64,000 nucleotides of DNA, from assembly GCA_964304625.1 (NCBI GenBank), contig OZ199838.1, positions 12,963,843 to 13,027,842 of the forward strand. Reading direction: 5' to 3'. This DNA is from Kudoa neothunni. Lineage: Eukaryota > Animalia > Cnidaria. Numbering within the stretch: the stretch's first letter is position 1; each line of letters begins with the position of its first letter. The position numbers were made by a program, and so were the translations under genes. The notes beneath the pieces were generated by a model that was not told where the DNA came from, made no database searches, and saw only the letters and a program-made list of their open reading frames with translations. This document shows positions 13,470 to 27,537 of this stretch, piece by piece.

Positions 13470-14170
13470 CAAGGGTTCTCAACCGCTCTTTTCAAATTTA
13501 CCTCCGTAACTTGGAAACCTAATTCATGTTTACTTTAAGATTTTATATTGGTTTAGCCATGGCATAGGCTATTTATAGGGTACGTTCTAATCTTAAAAGT
13601 CATGAACGCGTGTGTTCTGGTAGTTTTTTAATCCTAACAACTCTAACTAATAAACTGTCGACAGACTTAGTTTATTCGATTTTGCCACATTGAATTATTA
13701 ATGGCCCCTCCTTCTCTCTTAAGGGCCAGAAATGATTAAAATTGGTCGAAACTAGTGACACCTAGATATTATTATCATACAGACAGCAACCTTAAGTATT
13801 ATTATTAAGCTATATCACTAAAAAATAAATGAGCAATAACAGAAAGAGACTTTTATAGTTCTATAAATATTTATTCCTAAAAACATTTGAAGTATTGCTG
13901 CCAACTTATTACTGAGTTTGAAATCCCTGAATAATATAATTCCTTAGAAATCCATAGGTGGTTACAAATAATATTATGCAAAAATTAACCCTATTGTCGT
14001 GTATTACTTTACTAACAAACGACTAATTTGTCGTAACACGCGAAAACCCACTTGGTAATATATTATTATTTGTAATGGCTCTTCCGTTATCTTTCTCGCA
14101 CTCGAATACAACGCCTGTCATTTAGAATTTACTCCCAATAGGTAAATATACCCCCGGTTGAGAACCGCTA
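13470..14170. mobile_element. hAT MITE family A, copy 1
   Basis: TIRs caagggttctcaacc / ggttgagaaccgcta; flanks ctgtagac / cgttagac; inverted homologue at 47945-48524. Confidence 0.8.
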
Positions 14171-15895
14171 CGTTAGACGAATCTTACGATTGTATCATCT
14201 AGCAGCAAACATCTTTATCTTATTGTTGTCGTATTCAAGTTATTTACGATTTACAGTTAATTTTATTTGCTAAAACTTAATAATTTTTATGAAATATTTA
14301 CATCACTATTACAGTTGTAATTTTATATGATCAAAACCTCAACCCTTACGAGGCGGAGGGGTTATTTTAGGAACCCCATTTAATTTATTTATCGAAATTT
14401 CTATTTTTACCTTTTTATTTTCTCCATTATTTTACATGTAATCTTTTAATACCAAACACACTTTATACTAAATTAACAAATATTATTTTTCTTAAGGACA
14501 TTAATATAATATTTTTTCAAACCGAACCAATAGTATTTAATGTTTAGAGGTCTTTGAATCTCTTATATTTATTATTTATTTATTTAATTTCAACTAAAAA
14601 TCAATAATTAAAAGTTAGTTTTTATTTGAATAAACGAACAAGAGTTGGACTCAGTCTTGATTGTATTTTCTACCGGAAGAATCCGGCAAGCTTGTAGATT
14701 ATCCTGAGATTATTGTAAGACACGAGCGCTCCTGGTAGTATGTTAATTTTGAAAGTATAGGTCGATTAATGTTGAATTTTGTTCCATATTGGCTTTCCTT
14801 TTTACGTCTTCCTTGATTTTTATCATCGAATTAAAATTGCGACAGAAATGGTAGTTATTTGAAGGGAAGGAATTATTCCTACGATTTAGATTTAATAACA
14901 CGATAGCAAAATGAGATTAACGAAAATTTTTTGACATCTTTGTTGTGGCGGGATTGTCGGTTGTTCCTTTCAGATGACAAGTTCATTTGCAAATCAACCT
15001 TGAGTTTTCCAATAATTAGTTAATAGTTGTATCCAAGCATAACCTATATTTTTGAGTAATTGCTTGCGTATTCTCGCTTTTTTCTCAAAAGTGATGACTA
15101 CGAATTGCTCGTATTTTTTCCCTAACCGGTTAAATATTTTTACATTTAGGACAGTTTTTTTTGATTAAGTAATGATCACATAAAACAAATTTTTCTATCC
15201 AATTGAGCGAGTTAAATTGAAAATCCTTTGGAATGCCTGGAGCACACTCGTAATTTTGTTGAGCTGCGTAATCCGAGGGTTAAAGGGGTTAAGTTATCGT
15301 TGACTCATAAATCATAAAAAATTTGGTACAAAATAACTCTTATGGACGGTAGTTTAATAAAATTCATGTCGATTGACTTCGGAACCAAAAATAATTCTGA
15401 ATGACTTATTTACACCCAACCCAATGAGAACAAAATTCCACCATAATCATACAAAAAATTAACATCAAACTTCAAATTATTACGTTTATTGAAATAAGCA
15501 TTCTCTCTGGCGCAATCGCAATATATATTTCAATCTCCAAAAATATTTCTCACAAACGATAAAAAGTGTAGTCGCGCATCAACAAAAAAAATTAATTCTT
15601 GCCATACCAACAATCTCGACTATTATTCCCCCCTATTGTCGTTAAAAACAGCTTCAATATACAAGAAACAGTCTTACGATAACATAAACTACTTATTCCA
15701 AAAATGAAATAACTACAAGTTGTTGAACGTGTAAATAGAAAGGCAATTTTTGATTGGATGATTGAGAGGTGGAACAGACACACCCTACCACAAAAAAATC
15801 AATTGATCCTTGTAATTCAATTCAATTCAATTCAAAATATACAATATAAATGAATGTGTGAGATTGAACATTGCTGCATGGGTCGTGTGAAAACA

Positions 15896-16780
15896 TTACA
15901 AAATAATACATGACTTTTTCTTGGGTTTCTTTTTTGAAGTGCCTTCACGATGTTCGCGTATTTGTCGAACCAACTGTTGAAAGATATCTTCGACACCTTT
16001 TCTAGTTTTTGCCGAAGTTTCGAGGTATTGAACATTCCACCTTTTGGATTTTTCCAAAGCGTCGCTAGCACTAACAGTAGGGTTGGAAACATCACACTTG
16101 TTCCCTACCAGGATCATGGGTACGTTGTCGGTATCTTTGACACGTTTAATCTAGAGTTGGAAAGTGACATTATTGTAAGAGTGAAACTGTCAAATACTTG
16201 ATCATAAAAAAGATTCATATCGGCAAATGATTTCTCATCATTTACAGCAAATATCAACAAAAATCCTTGACCATTACGCATATATTGTTCTCTCATAGCA
16301 CTGAAATCAAACACAATACAAATTAGTACACGTTATGTGTGTAACATTGATCACCTATATTCCTCTTGACCAGCAGTGTCGAGAATATCCTAACAAAAAA
16401 TGACAACAAATTAGATCCACCACCACACATACACAAATTCAACGATCAACATACCAAAAGACATGTTTCACCATCGACAACCACTTGCTTTCTATAACTG
16501 TCCTCTACAACATCAACAATAAAACACATCGAACCCCAACCCATATTACCTATTGTAGGATCATAATCATCTGCGAAACTACATCAAACAACATAATAAT
16601 AACATCATTTGACAATAGTATTTGAATGATTACCAATTCTGTATAAATTGAAGTGTGAGAGCACTTTTTCCAACACCACCAGCTAAAATATAACCCAGGT
16701 TAATACTATCACACCAACCACTGCCTTCAACAATCAAACCAACACTTACATCCAACAACTACTAGTTTATATTCACTCAT
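15896..16780 (-). CDS. KRAS: Ras GTPase, K-Ras4B-like (polybasic tail plus CAAX), 7 exons
   Basis: [83 protein letters not shown]; six GT-AG introns. Confidence 0.93.
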
Positions 16781-19686
16781 CAAATACTCCAATCAAAATA
16801 TATGAATAAAACCAAATTCTGATGGTAATCAACCTATAATTCACTCCAATATAACCAAGACCAAAACTTCGTAGGGTATTATGATACGCCCAAGAAGTGT
16901 TATTGAGCATCGGATACACGTATTATGAATGGATTAGTAATGGATTAGTTGTATGATTGTTTATCAGTTTGAACATTTCACAGTCGACAAAAATTATTCA
17001 ATTGATTCAAAAATATCAATATGATTATTAAATATAGGGCCATGCCGTTTCTGGTTTGATTACAATAGATATCACGTTGAAAATATATCTACTTGAATGC
17101 GCGATTATAAAAACGATTTACAGGAGATTACAACGAAAACTGTTGTATGCTAATAATGTAGAATATATAGGGCATTGGTTCGGAAAAACCATTGCATTAT
17201 CTCCAATAATAAATGCCATGTGTCGTTAATTTCAACCGTCCATTGGTTACACTTACGCGATTTTATCTCTATCTCTAATTGGTTGATAGTTTGTTGTGAA
17301 TGTAAGTAAAAACCCCATGTAATTGGGTGGAATCATTTGCCTGGGCATTAATGGCCAAATTGCTGTTGGATTCATCGATAAAAACAATTAACATGCGATC
17401 TAATAATCTAATCTGAAAACTAGAAATGCGAATACTCTAATCTGTTTGTTGTACTATTCGGTTAACGCTTTCGTAATTCATTCTATTAAAGCAACCAATT
17501 GAATGCTCACATTTTCATTTTATTAATTCTTTTTTATCTTATTTTAATCCAAACAAAGGCATGCTTTAGGTTGTTCAAGTATGTCGTTTTGTTTCATTGA
17601 TATAGTGATTTGTAATAGTCAAATTTCTCAAATATTTAAGATTTGTTTCGAATATAAGATTGATATTCTTATTAAAGAGGGATAATTAATTAAATTTGTG
17701 AGTTAAATTTGATTTTAATCTGCACGTTATGTTAATTTTAAGGTAATTTGTTCCGAAATAGATATTAGTCTCTTGTAAAAATCATTATTTTCTCATATAT
17801 TTAAGCTCAATTTGAAAATATCTTCAAATATATTGGAATGAATTGGACTGAAGTGTTTTGTGGTTGTTTTAACTGACCTATAAAAATGAAAGATCATCTT
17901 TATTGTATTCAGTCCTTAGCGTGGGACTTATCTCCTCACAATCTATTCACTTAAGCCCGACAAAGATAGCCAATCCTATTTTATTATATTTAAACTCGTA
18001 ACCTTTCGGTACATTATATATTTCTGAATAACATTGGATAATTTTTTATATAGTTTTAGAGGATTTAAATATTTTTATTTTTGACAAGTTTCTATTCGTC
18101 CTAATATATTTGGAGAAGGACTTTTGATTTTTTAACGGATATGACAAATTTGAGCTTGCGTGGCAAATTTAAGAATATTACAACAGAATTAGGCATTTCT
18201 CAATATTATAATTTATTGCTGTACTAAGAATTATAACATTAACATTTTGATTAAAAATTGTGAAATAATGACAACCTTTAAGTAAATTATTGAATGTAAT
18301 TTAATAGTATAAGGACGAATATCATTATTGACTTATCAAGATCAAATTATAATGCTTTAAGTATGTTCAGAAGCAATAAAACACTTAAAGTTACTCTGAT
18401 TAGTTTTAATTACCCATGTGAAATAATTGAAAGTGGTATAATCAGCAGATTACTCGTTAACTTAATCACGGTTTGATCTTGAAATGGTGATTTTATAAAT
18501 TTTTAATTCGTTAAATTAAATAGTTAAAATATCTTAGATTTATTAATCTTTATAAAAAATATAATTGTAAAATGTGATTATTTCTATTTAAAAGCAGTTT
18601 TGCCCAAACTTATAGACTCTAAGATATAGTAAACGGTGTAATAAATGTGTTCTTTGATTATTCCTTCACAGTTGGCATAAATTATCCCATCATTATTATT
18701 TATTTTATAATTACATTGACATAGAAATGATGATTTTAATATAAAGTTTAACATTTATTTTGAAATTGGATAAATTAATTCTTGAAATTAATATCAGCAT
18801 TAATCTGATGTATTAGGCACATATTAAATGGTGAGGTAATATTTAATATATTTTTTATTTCAAGCCTAAAATTTCATTTAGAAATATTTTTGGTTAACCC
18901 ACAGAAATGATTATCTAAATATGTAAAATACATTTATAAAAACATAGAGATGTTTATATTATATAATTTACGTGTTAATATAATGTAATTGAAGTATAAA
19001 AAATAAGAGAAAAAAATTATTACAAAAAATTTATATACAGATTAAATAATTAATTTTGTTTACATAATATTAATGAATTACAAGCTATTATTGACTTATT
19101 TAATTTAGCCTTTATAAAATAATTACTTAATATTATATACAAATACCAAATTATGTTAGCATAGTCATTTTATAAAAAAATCGTATTTGAATTGGCATAT
19201 AAAAGCTTATGAAAATTTTATGGGATAATTTCGATTGAAATTGATAGTCATTAAATATTAACTGTTGACTCATTAAATATTTAATAATTATTAAATATAA
19301 TTATTCAGAAAGAGATAAAATAAAATTTTATAAATAATTTTCATAATTTATTTGTTAAAGAATAGATACCGTGGACAATTTTAAGTTTAGTTATTTTTAA
19401 AAACCCATTGTAAGCTTTTTTAATTAACGTTAAGAAAATAATATATTATATCCTCCATGAGAAAATTAATACGTATGTCATTTAATTTAACATAAATACG
19501 AAAAATATTATCATTATATTTTTTAAATGTATCGTGCCTATTGTATAAAGCAACTAGCCGCGATTTTTGATATATAATTATGTAAGATAAAAATTAGATT
19601 CCAAAATTTCTAAGAAAATTAATAATACATAATTTTCTAGAAAGAATTATATCTGTTATTGTAATAATTAATTATGGCTTTTATAT

Positions 19687-21138
19687 TCAACTCGCGGTTG
19701 AACAGCTTTCAGTTTCTTCATCCTCAGCACCTTTGCCCTCATTATAGACTTCCCCACATATTTTTTGGCATTGTTCCTTTGTTTTAAAGTTGTTCGAGTT
19801 TCCATCATATCCTTTGTAACAAAATGATTTGCATTTTTTATCGCCTGAACTATAATAGAATCTTTTTGTTTTGAATAATTTCCCTGTAGTCCAGTCACCC
19901 TTTTTGGGTAATGTGCATGTTTCCTCTATTTTTATTTCTTTCTTGTAACCGCCTAAATTCATTTAAAATAACACAATTATAATCACAAAAATTTTAGTAT
20001 TTTATAGAATGTTAAAAAGTTCGTACCTGCTCCGCAATAACTATGGCACATTTCCATGGTGGGGAAACTATTCTTTGTATTATCGAAATCAGGAGTTGAG
20101 ACAGTACCAGTTTCCATGCGTTTACACACGTCAGCTTTAGAGTCATAATAATATCTGAATATAGTATTTTGATCCGTTGATTCGCCAGTTATAGCTGTTT
20201 GTGTGGGATCGACCTCACAAGCAAGAACTTTCTTATTTTTTGCATTTACGGTAGAATTATTTTCAGTACTGTGTTTATGTGCTAAAAAAATAAAACGCAT
20301 AGAATTAAATAATTGGCATACGAAAACATTTTGTGACGCATTCAGCAAACGATCTAAATATTCCTCTTGAATTCGAATCTATTGAAGCAGCAGCAAAAGC
20401 ACACTTATTGTTGTTGGTATCGGCGATAATGGCAGTGCTTGGATCTTTATCTTTAACATCAGGTCTTAATGTACAATCCAGAGAGTTTGGCACCAAATAT
20501 TTTTCTTTATCCGAAACACCACTTATATTTTCATCATCAGCATTTGTGAGACCTCCATTTTTTTTGTCTAATTAAAAGATAAATAACTATTAGAATTGGA
20601 ATTAGTGATGATTACTTAAACAATATAAATAGCACTCAGTGTCACTTTCATATCTATTAAAACTTCCACCACACCCATTATATTGGAAAGTTTCGCATCT
20701 GGCAGTTGTTGGGTTAAAGTAGTATTTTGATTCTGTCACGGAATTTTTAACGCAATGTCCCGGATGCATTGGTTTTTTACAACCTTGGAGTTTTTCCCTT
20801 TGGGTCAACTTACCTTGAGAGATTATTATGACAAATTTTAACGTATGACATACCGTGCATTTCGCAAAGTCCCTTGGACGCGAAATTATTATAATTTCCT
20901 TTGATTCCTCGATATTCTAGAGGTTTGCATTTAGCGTCATTGATATCAATGAACCAACGGTCGATGACGTTGCTCATGCTTTTTTCGACACCTATAGGCC
21001 AGTCTCCTTCATCTCTTTCGTAGGATGGTAAAATTGGGTCTAATAAATAAATGGATTGATTTCTAAAATATGACAATTACCTGTTAGGCAATAAGATATT
21101 GATGTAATGTATATTATTTTATAAAGTAGGGATCTCAT
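19687..21138 (-). CDS. Secreted penta-Kunitz/BPTI-like protein, copy 1 (6 exons)
   Basis: Signal-peptide-like exon MRSLLYKIIYITSISYCLT, then five exons each encoding one Kunitz-like domain, all joined by phase-1 introns. Motifs include KYYFNPTTARCETFQYNGCGGSFNRYESDTECYLYC and RFYY..KKCKSFCYKGYDGNSNNFKTKEQCQKIC. Confidence 0.9.
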
Positions 21139-23897
21139 TTTGCTAGATCTAATATTTGAAAAAATCGGAACGAAGAATATTAATTATATGATTTATGAAT
21201 CAACAATAGTTTTCAATGCATGAATAAGATTAGAATTTAGCCAACAAGTTTTATTTATCGTATAGATTATTTACTTATTACGGTTCACATGTGTAACTAA
21301 TTGCGTATTAAAAAGAATTTATATGTAGTAGAGTCATTAATAAATACAATGTTAACTATTCTTATTATTAAAAAAATTTCAGTTAATCAGATTTTAATTA
21401 AATAAAGAAAAAACGATACGTCAATATATAAAATACAAAAAATGGGTAAAATATAACATTAAATATTTTAGGAAAGATTATAATGATCTGTATGCTTCCG
21501 AAATTCAAGAATTTAACTTTAAATATTTGTACGAATTTTGTCGCAAGGTTTATTTCTGGATTCACAGATATTTTTCTATTAGAATAATTAACATTATAAT
21601 CTATAAAAATAAAGTAATCCATAATTATAAGATTTTTGTCTAAAGATCCTATTTTAGCCGAAAATAAGCTACAATTAGTAAAAATTTGTCCCTTGGTTTT
21701 ATTTTGAGCATATTTAATTTTTATCAAAGTTTTTACTCCATACTTCACTTTTTCCGTTATTTATTGAACAATTCAAAAAATCAAGCGCAATTAAATTGAT
21801 TATTGTGAATTTAAAATTTTATTTTTGACACAATATTTTGTTGATACTACTCTGCATATTCAAAATTATTCCATTACTGCACAATTGAGTCTATCAGACT
21901 TAGTGGGAAATTTTTTTCTTCATCAAATATAATCTTCAAGTAAAAACAAAAATTTAACTAAAGATACAGCTAAATATTTGATAAAAAGATAAAACAAAAA
22001 ATATTCACAGCAGTTAAAAATAACTGGATAATAATTAGCATATCTTCTCACATCTGCACAACTCGTTTTCGAATTTGTATTCTTCCAAGAGAAACCTTGA
22101 TTTCACTTCTTGTTGTTCCACTTCAAACATATTTTAGTCAATATATACCAGAAATCGTAACATTTAATTGATTTAATGTTAAGAAATCTCTGACTAGATT
22201 TTGTAAATATTGCCCACCTTGTAACATTTTGGATTTCTTGTTTGAATTAAGGTATTTTTCCAGCTGGTCATTAACAAATTATCTCCAATAAAGATTATAT
22301 TTCGAATATTGTTAGCAAATACCTCAATTATGAGAGTCTACTTAAGTCTTTTTGCAATCACAATAAAGTTATCTCTCAGAGTTTTCAGGCTTCCTGTCTC
22401 CTTCGACTTTATTTTGTACAAGTTGTTAAAAATTATAACCGAATTTTGGGATTATTTGAAAAAATAAAAAGTAAGATTATTCATGAAGAACAAAATCATT
22501 TTTTATCATTTTTAAGTTTTTGTTTGCACTCCAAAAATATCCTAAATATTTTTGCAGTATTAACTAACCTTTTACGCAGTTTCTAAAATGATTTGGTGTC
22601 CCTTGTTTCTTTAAGTAATCTCATGTGAATATAACTATGCTTTTATTTTAACAAATCTTCACAAACTTTCTGTTTACATTTTTGTTCAAATTTATCTCAA
22701 AATTGTGGATGGTTTACAAATCTTAATTGCATTATTTCATTTTAAGCATTTTAAGAAAGATGAGATATTAAATTAGTTTTTTATTTTCTAGTTATGTTGA
22801 AATTCGATATTTATTCCACTTTTAAGTTTACATTGTTTTTCAACTCTCAGGCGTAGTGTAATTTATTCGATGCCTAAGAATAAAAGAATTCATCACAATA
22901 TTCATAATTTAATTGTTTCTCTCCTTAAAACAAGTTTATTTTGATTGAAGGAAAGAAAATTTAATGAGTATTAATAAATCAATTATACGAAATTAACGAA
23001 TATTAGAAAAAAAGACTTTGGATTATCAAAATTATGTATGGGGTAATGCATTTTGGATATAAATGAAAATTTTCATTCTAGGATTATTAAACTCACGAGT
23101 TATATTTTTTATTAATCTAAATTGCGATTTCTATGATATATTTCTAGATACCGTCCACAATAATATCTGAATTAATATTAATTCTTTCCAGTAATTTATT
23201 AAAATTATTATTGTTGATGAAGTTCTATTGAGAATAAATATTTAAAATAAGTTAGGATGAATTATATATTTTTTTTACATCCTAAAAAACTTCTAATTTT
23301 AAATTTTTAAAATAATATGCTTCCCTTTTCTTATAATATTATTATTATGAATAATATAAATCCATTGAACCTATTAATTATTTGGGCGTCTGATTTTTCA
23401 ATAGGCTTTTTCAGGATCAAGAAGGTTTTGTTTCCAAATGATAATTCATTAATTTTAATATCTACTTCTAAATCATACGAAAGGGTCTAAATGATTTTTA
23501 AGTCGTGAGTATTTTCCTAAAATGTCCTAATCATCATATCAAAAGAAAACAATGCAACTAACTACTAGCATTTTCATTCGCATCTGACAACTAAATGGAA
23601 TTATGTTTATAAACGGGGACTGAAGAAGAGGTTAGAAGTTTGTTAAATTATTATTATGAATAAAATTCATGTAATAATTATAAAGTCTGAATTTATAACC
23701 ATTTAGATAAAATTAAGTTGTCATAGACACCCTGAAATACTCCAAAGATACCATCCTATTTTGTCAGAATACTGCGATTGCAAAGAAAACCATTGTGTTT
23801 AATATATATATATAGTAAAAAGGTCAAATATTTTACTCCTAAAAATGTTTTATTATTTCTCATACAATAAATGTTGAAAATCCAACTGGGTCCAATG

Positions 23898-24160
23898 GAA
23901 CCGGTTGAGCCAAAACGGAATTTTCAAGTATAATCTTTCGAGTATTTCTAGGGTCAAATTGACCCCCGAGCCTACTTTATTATGTTTTCTATACATACGA
24001 AAATTTAATGATTGTACTCTCTGATGTAGTCTGCTATACATATAATTTTTATAATTATCGAATAAAAATTTGAAAAAAGAGAACACAACGGTATACGTAA
24101 AAATTATACACTTGATGCTTTTGGGGTCAATTAGACCCCAAGGTTTTTATTGGTTTAAAT
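23898..24160. repeat. Decayed piggyBac-like MITE with internal palindromes
   Basis: Two copies of the palindrome GGGTCAAATTGACCC (23951-23965 and 24123-24139); similar motif near 25911. Boundaries approximate. Confidence 0.35.
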
Positions 24161-27100
24161 TAGGGGTCTCTGGACTTTTTTTTTCGTCGACCTTCTCCAA
24201 ATATATTAAAAATATTAAAGTATTTTCAGCTTTTTATTGGAACAAATACAAATAATTGCAATATATCTCATTAATATTCTCTCTCTAATATATAATAAAA
24301 GTCAAAATTATAATAATCAAAAAATTTTGTTTATTAACAATTTAACATCAAAATGCATCAGACGAATTTTGATATTTGTGAATTTACACGGATGTTTATA
24401 ATCAAGTCAGCAAAAAAAATCTACACTAGAAAATTTAACACAATGAATCTGTTTTTTCACCATAAATCACATTCGATAGGCCTCACAAGTTAGGTCGCCT
24501 GTATATGATTATAGTTACATACTTTTTCACAAATTAAGTACTACGTCAGGTTTTTTAGATTAAGTTACATCATATATAGAGAAGTTAAAATTTGTTCGTG
24601 TCGGTCCCTAAAAGTTAATAAGAATATCTTAATCTTTACTTTAAGATAGTATTCCCTTAGCTTGGGGGCACTTGAAGAGTTTTTGAAGTGTCCACAGGGT
24701 TTAAACGACAATTGCAGATTATTGTAATTATTTTGGGAGCTTTTATAATTTTAATTCAAAAAAATTTTAACATTTGAGTTATCATTCTTAGTCAATTATA
24801 AAATTACTGGAAATTATCGTTATTGTTTTATATATTGTTGATAACAGTCAAGACCAGTTATCATTAAAATTTACGAAAAAAACGCTAGTAATGTGTTTGC
24901 TAGCTTTTTACAAAGCCTAAAGTATGCCTCGACATAAATGAAAAAAAATTAGATTACATAACTACAAACATTGGATATTGATTTAACTTAAACATAAAAA
25001 TAATTAAATAGTGTATGATATAGTAGAAAGAAGGGAAACGTTACCTTAAAGCCCATAACATTCAGTGGGTTTTTCTATAACACACATCGACCCTCCTTCG
25101 ACCCCTAGAAGTTCTCATCGACCACTTTGGAGATCCTGGTTTAAATGATAATAAAATATTAAACGGACTGAATAGTTGAATTTGATCGGATTCTGCAGGT
25201 GAAATATTGAAAAAATCAGGAAAACATGTACACGAGATCATATGTGATGACACGGATGCATCCGCTTTACTACTCCGTTCGCACAAATTTACCCGAAACA
25301 TGCTGATAAAAGCCAAAGGAAATTTTCAATGAGATTTTTCCTATTGACCCGTGATGACGACGCTAACGAAATATGTTATGTCACTGATTTTAGTTATCAG
25401 ATGTCAAGTTCTAGTGGTTTTGACGAGAATTATAAAGATTTGGATGTGTTTTGCGAAAAGAATGTTTATGGCCCAAATTGTATCCAAGGGGTGATATGAA
25501 AAATTCATATTGTTCATGTGCGAGCCAAACTGCGTAAAAGTGGTTAGGTGACTATTTTTACTTGTTCACTGTACCCTAGGAAATTACGAATAAGTGATTA
25601 CGCGTTGTAGGAAACTAATTTATTACTCACGTTACGGGTGGACTTAATTTATCAATATTTTTAGTAACAAAAATTTTTTAAATCATCTTTAAATATCAAA
25701 AATTGAATAATCTCACTAATTCATTTCGATTAAACTCAAGTTGACAGAAAAATTGATGGCGCCAAATAATTCACATGAATTCGGACTATTTTGTATGCAC
25801 GCAATATGAATCTTGGTGAAAATACGACTAGAATCTATTGTTAGAATTCTATTTAAGTTTATCTATGCTTGCATAATTACTTATAGTATTTTACAATGAA
25901 ATAAAAGCCTGAGGTCAAGTTTACCCCCAAAATACCAAATGCATAGTCGATTTTGAGGCGCTCACCCTTTACATACGTCAGGGCCAATTATTTACCGAGG
26001 ATGCGCTAAAATAATAGTAAAAACAAGTTTCGTATCCAAATAACATTTACTTGAAATTATTGTAATTTTGATTCCTATTTTTTAGATATTGATTCCAGAT
26101 AAAATTTAAAATAATATTTATCATTGTTTTATAGTATTAATTTGATATTTTCTTTTAAAAATGGTGTTTACTGGAATTTTCTGCGTTTCGTTGATAAAAA
26201 TATTTTAAGTTACATTTTAGTAGACACTTCTAGGTGAATATTATTTGGTTACACAATAATTTTTAATTATATCGTTAATAATTATCATATTTAATATCAT
26301 AAAACGTAACAACGTAGTTATGGTCAGACTTTTCTTAAAAAAAAGATATTTAACAATAGTGAAATGATAAGACTTCCACTTCTGGTACATTTTTCACATC
26401 TCCAATATTTATTGGGAATTAGATTTATGGTCATTACATAAAAATAACCATTATACAAGAATTTATCCCCTCCTATCTGTATTCTTATTATGACATCACA
26501 TTGTTGTTTGATCTCCCATTAAAAAAAAGCAAAATATTATTTTAAAATAAAAAGTAATCACAATCTTAATATGAAATATAACAAGCCAAATACCCTAAAA
26601 CAGCTTTTATAAGAGCATAGTGCGCAAGCGCAGTAGAGTTCCGGCGAGTTATAGCCATATCCCGATTATTATGTGGATATGAGTTGTTAGACATTAATAA
26701 CATCTGACGCTAATATAAATGGTGAATATAGTACTCTAGTCAGAGTTACGATAATTTTTTATGTACTAGTTTTAGCCGATATTTTTTAAAGAATAAGGAA
26801 TAAAATTAAATGACAATAGAAATTGAAATTGAAATGGATGAACTCATCTAAATAAATGTTTTGGTTTCGATGATAATAGGCATGGAAAACAAATATAATA
26901 TGAAATTATTGTTCATTTTCGAATTATTAAGTTTAAACTTACCTTTTTTGTAGTAAAATTAACAAATATGAAACATCATATAAGTAGAGAAATTATGAAT
27001 AAATAATTTCCGCATATATAACAAAGAATATTGAAGTTAATATTTCGAAACAATTATTGAAAAATTTGGATGGCTATGTAGTTATACTTTTGTCATCTTA

Positions 27101-27537
27101 GATAATTCTCAATAACTCAGTTGGAAATAACATTTGAGTATTATTCAATAAAATCTTGGGCTTTAGAAAATTTATGCATAATATCTTTACTAAGTACAGA
27201 ATCAATAACGAAAAATTGATAACGAATAGGTTAGGATTTTCATTTTTTTAACGCGTTGCACATAAATATCCTATAAAGATGATATTAGAAAATAAAATGT
27301 TTACTTCCGTAAGAGGATATTTTAAGGTTATAAAATTGATTTAAATAAATTTAAGTAAAGAATTTCTTCATGATTTTATGTTTTAAGTTTAATATGCTGG
27401 TTATACATAACAAATGGCGCAATCTATATACAGTTTGCAAAATATTTTGATTAAAAAGTTCCTTTAAAAGAATTAACAATGATAATTTTGTAGAAACAAA
27501 ATTTTGTTCATGAAGTAACCAATTAAGATTTTTATAC

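Noticed and set aside
17030-17310. Short open segments divergent from the Ras promoter
   Set aside because: No clear start or homology, and it would need a 26-nt intron, below the size range seen here.
21900-22450. Possible decayed LINE reverse transcriptase on the minus strand
   Set aside because: Only vague motif echoes amid stops and frameshifts; not supportable without a profile search.
24960-25500. Possible piggyBac C-terminal Cys-rich remnant
   Set aside because: Fragments such as RCQV and FCEKNVYGPNC lie in different frames and are too degraded to call.
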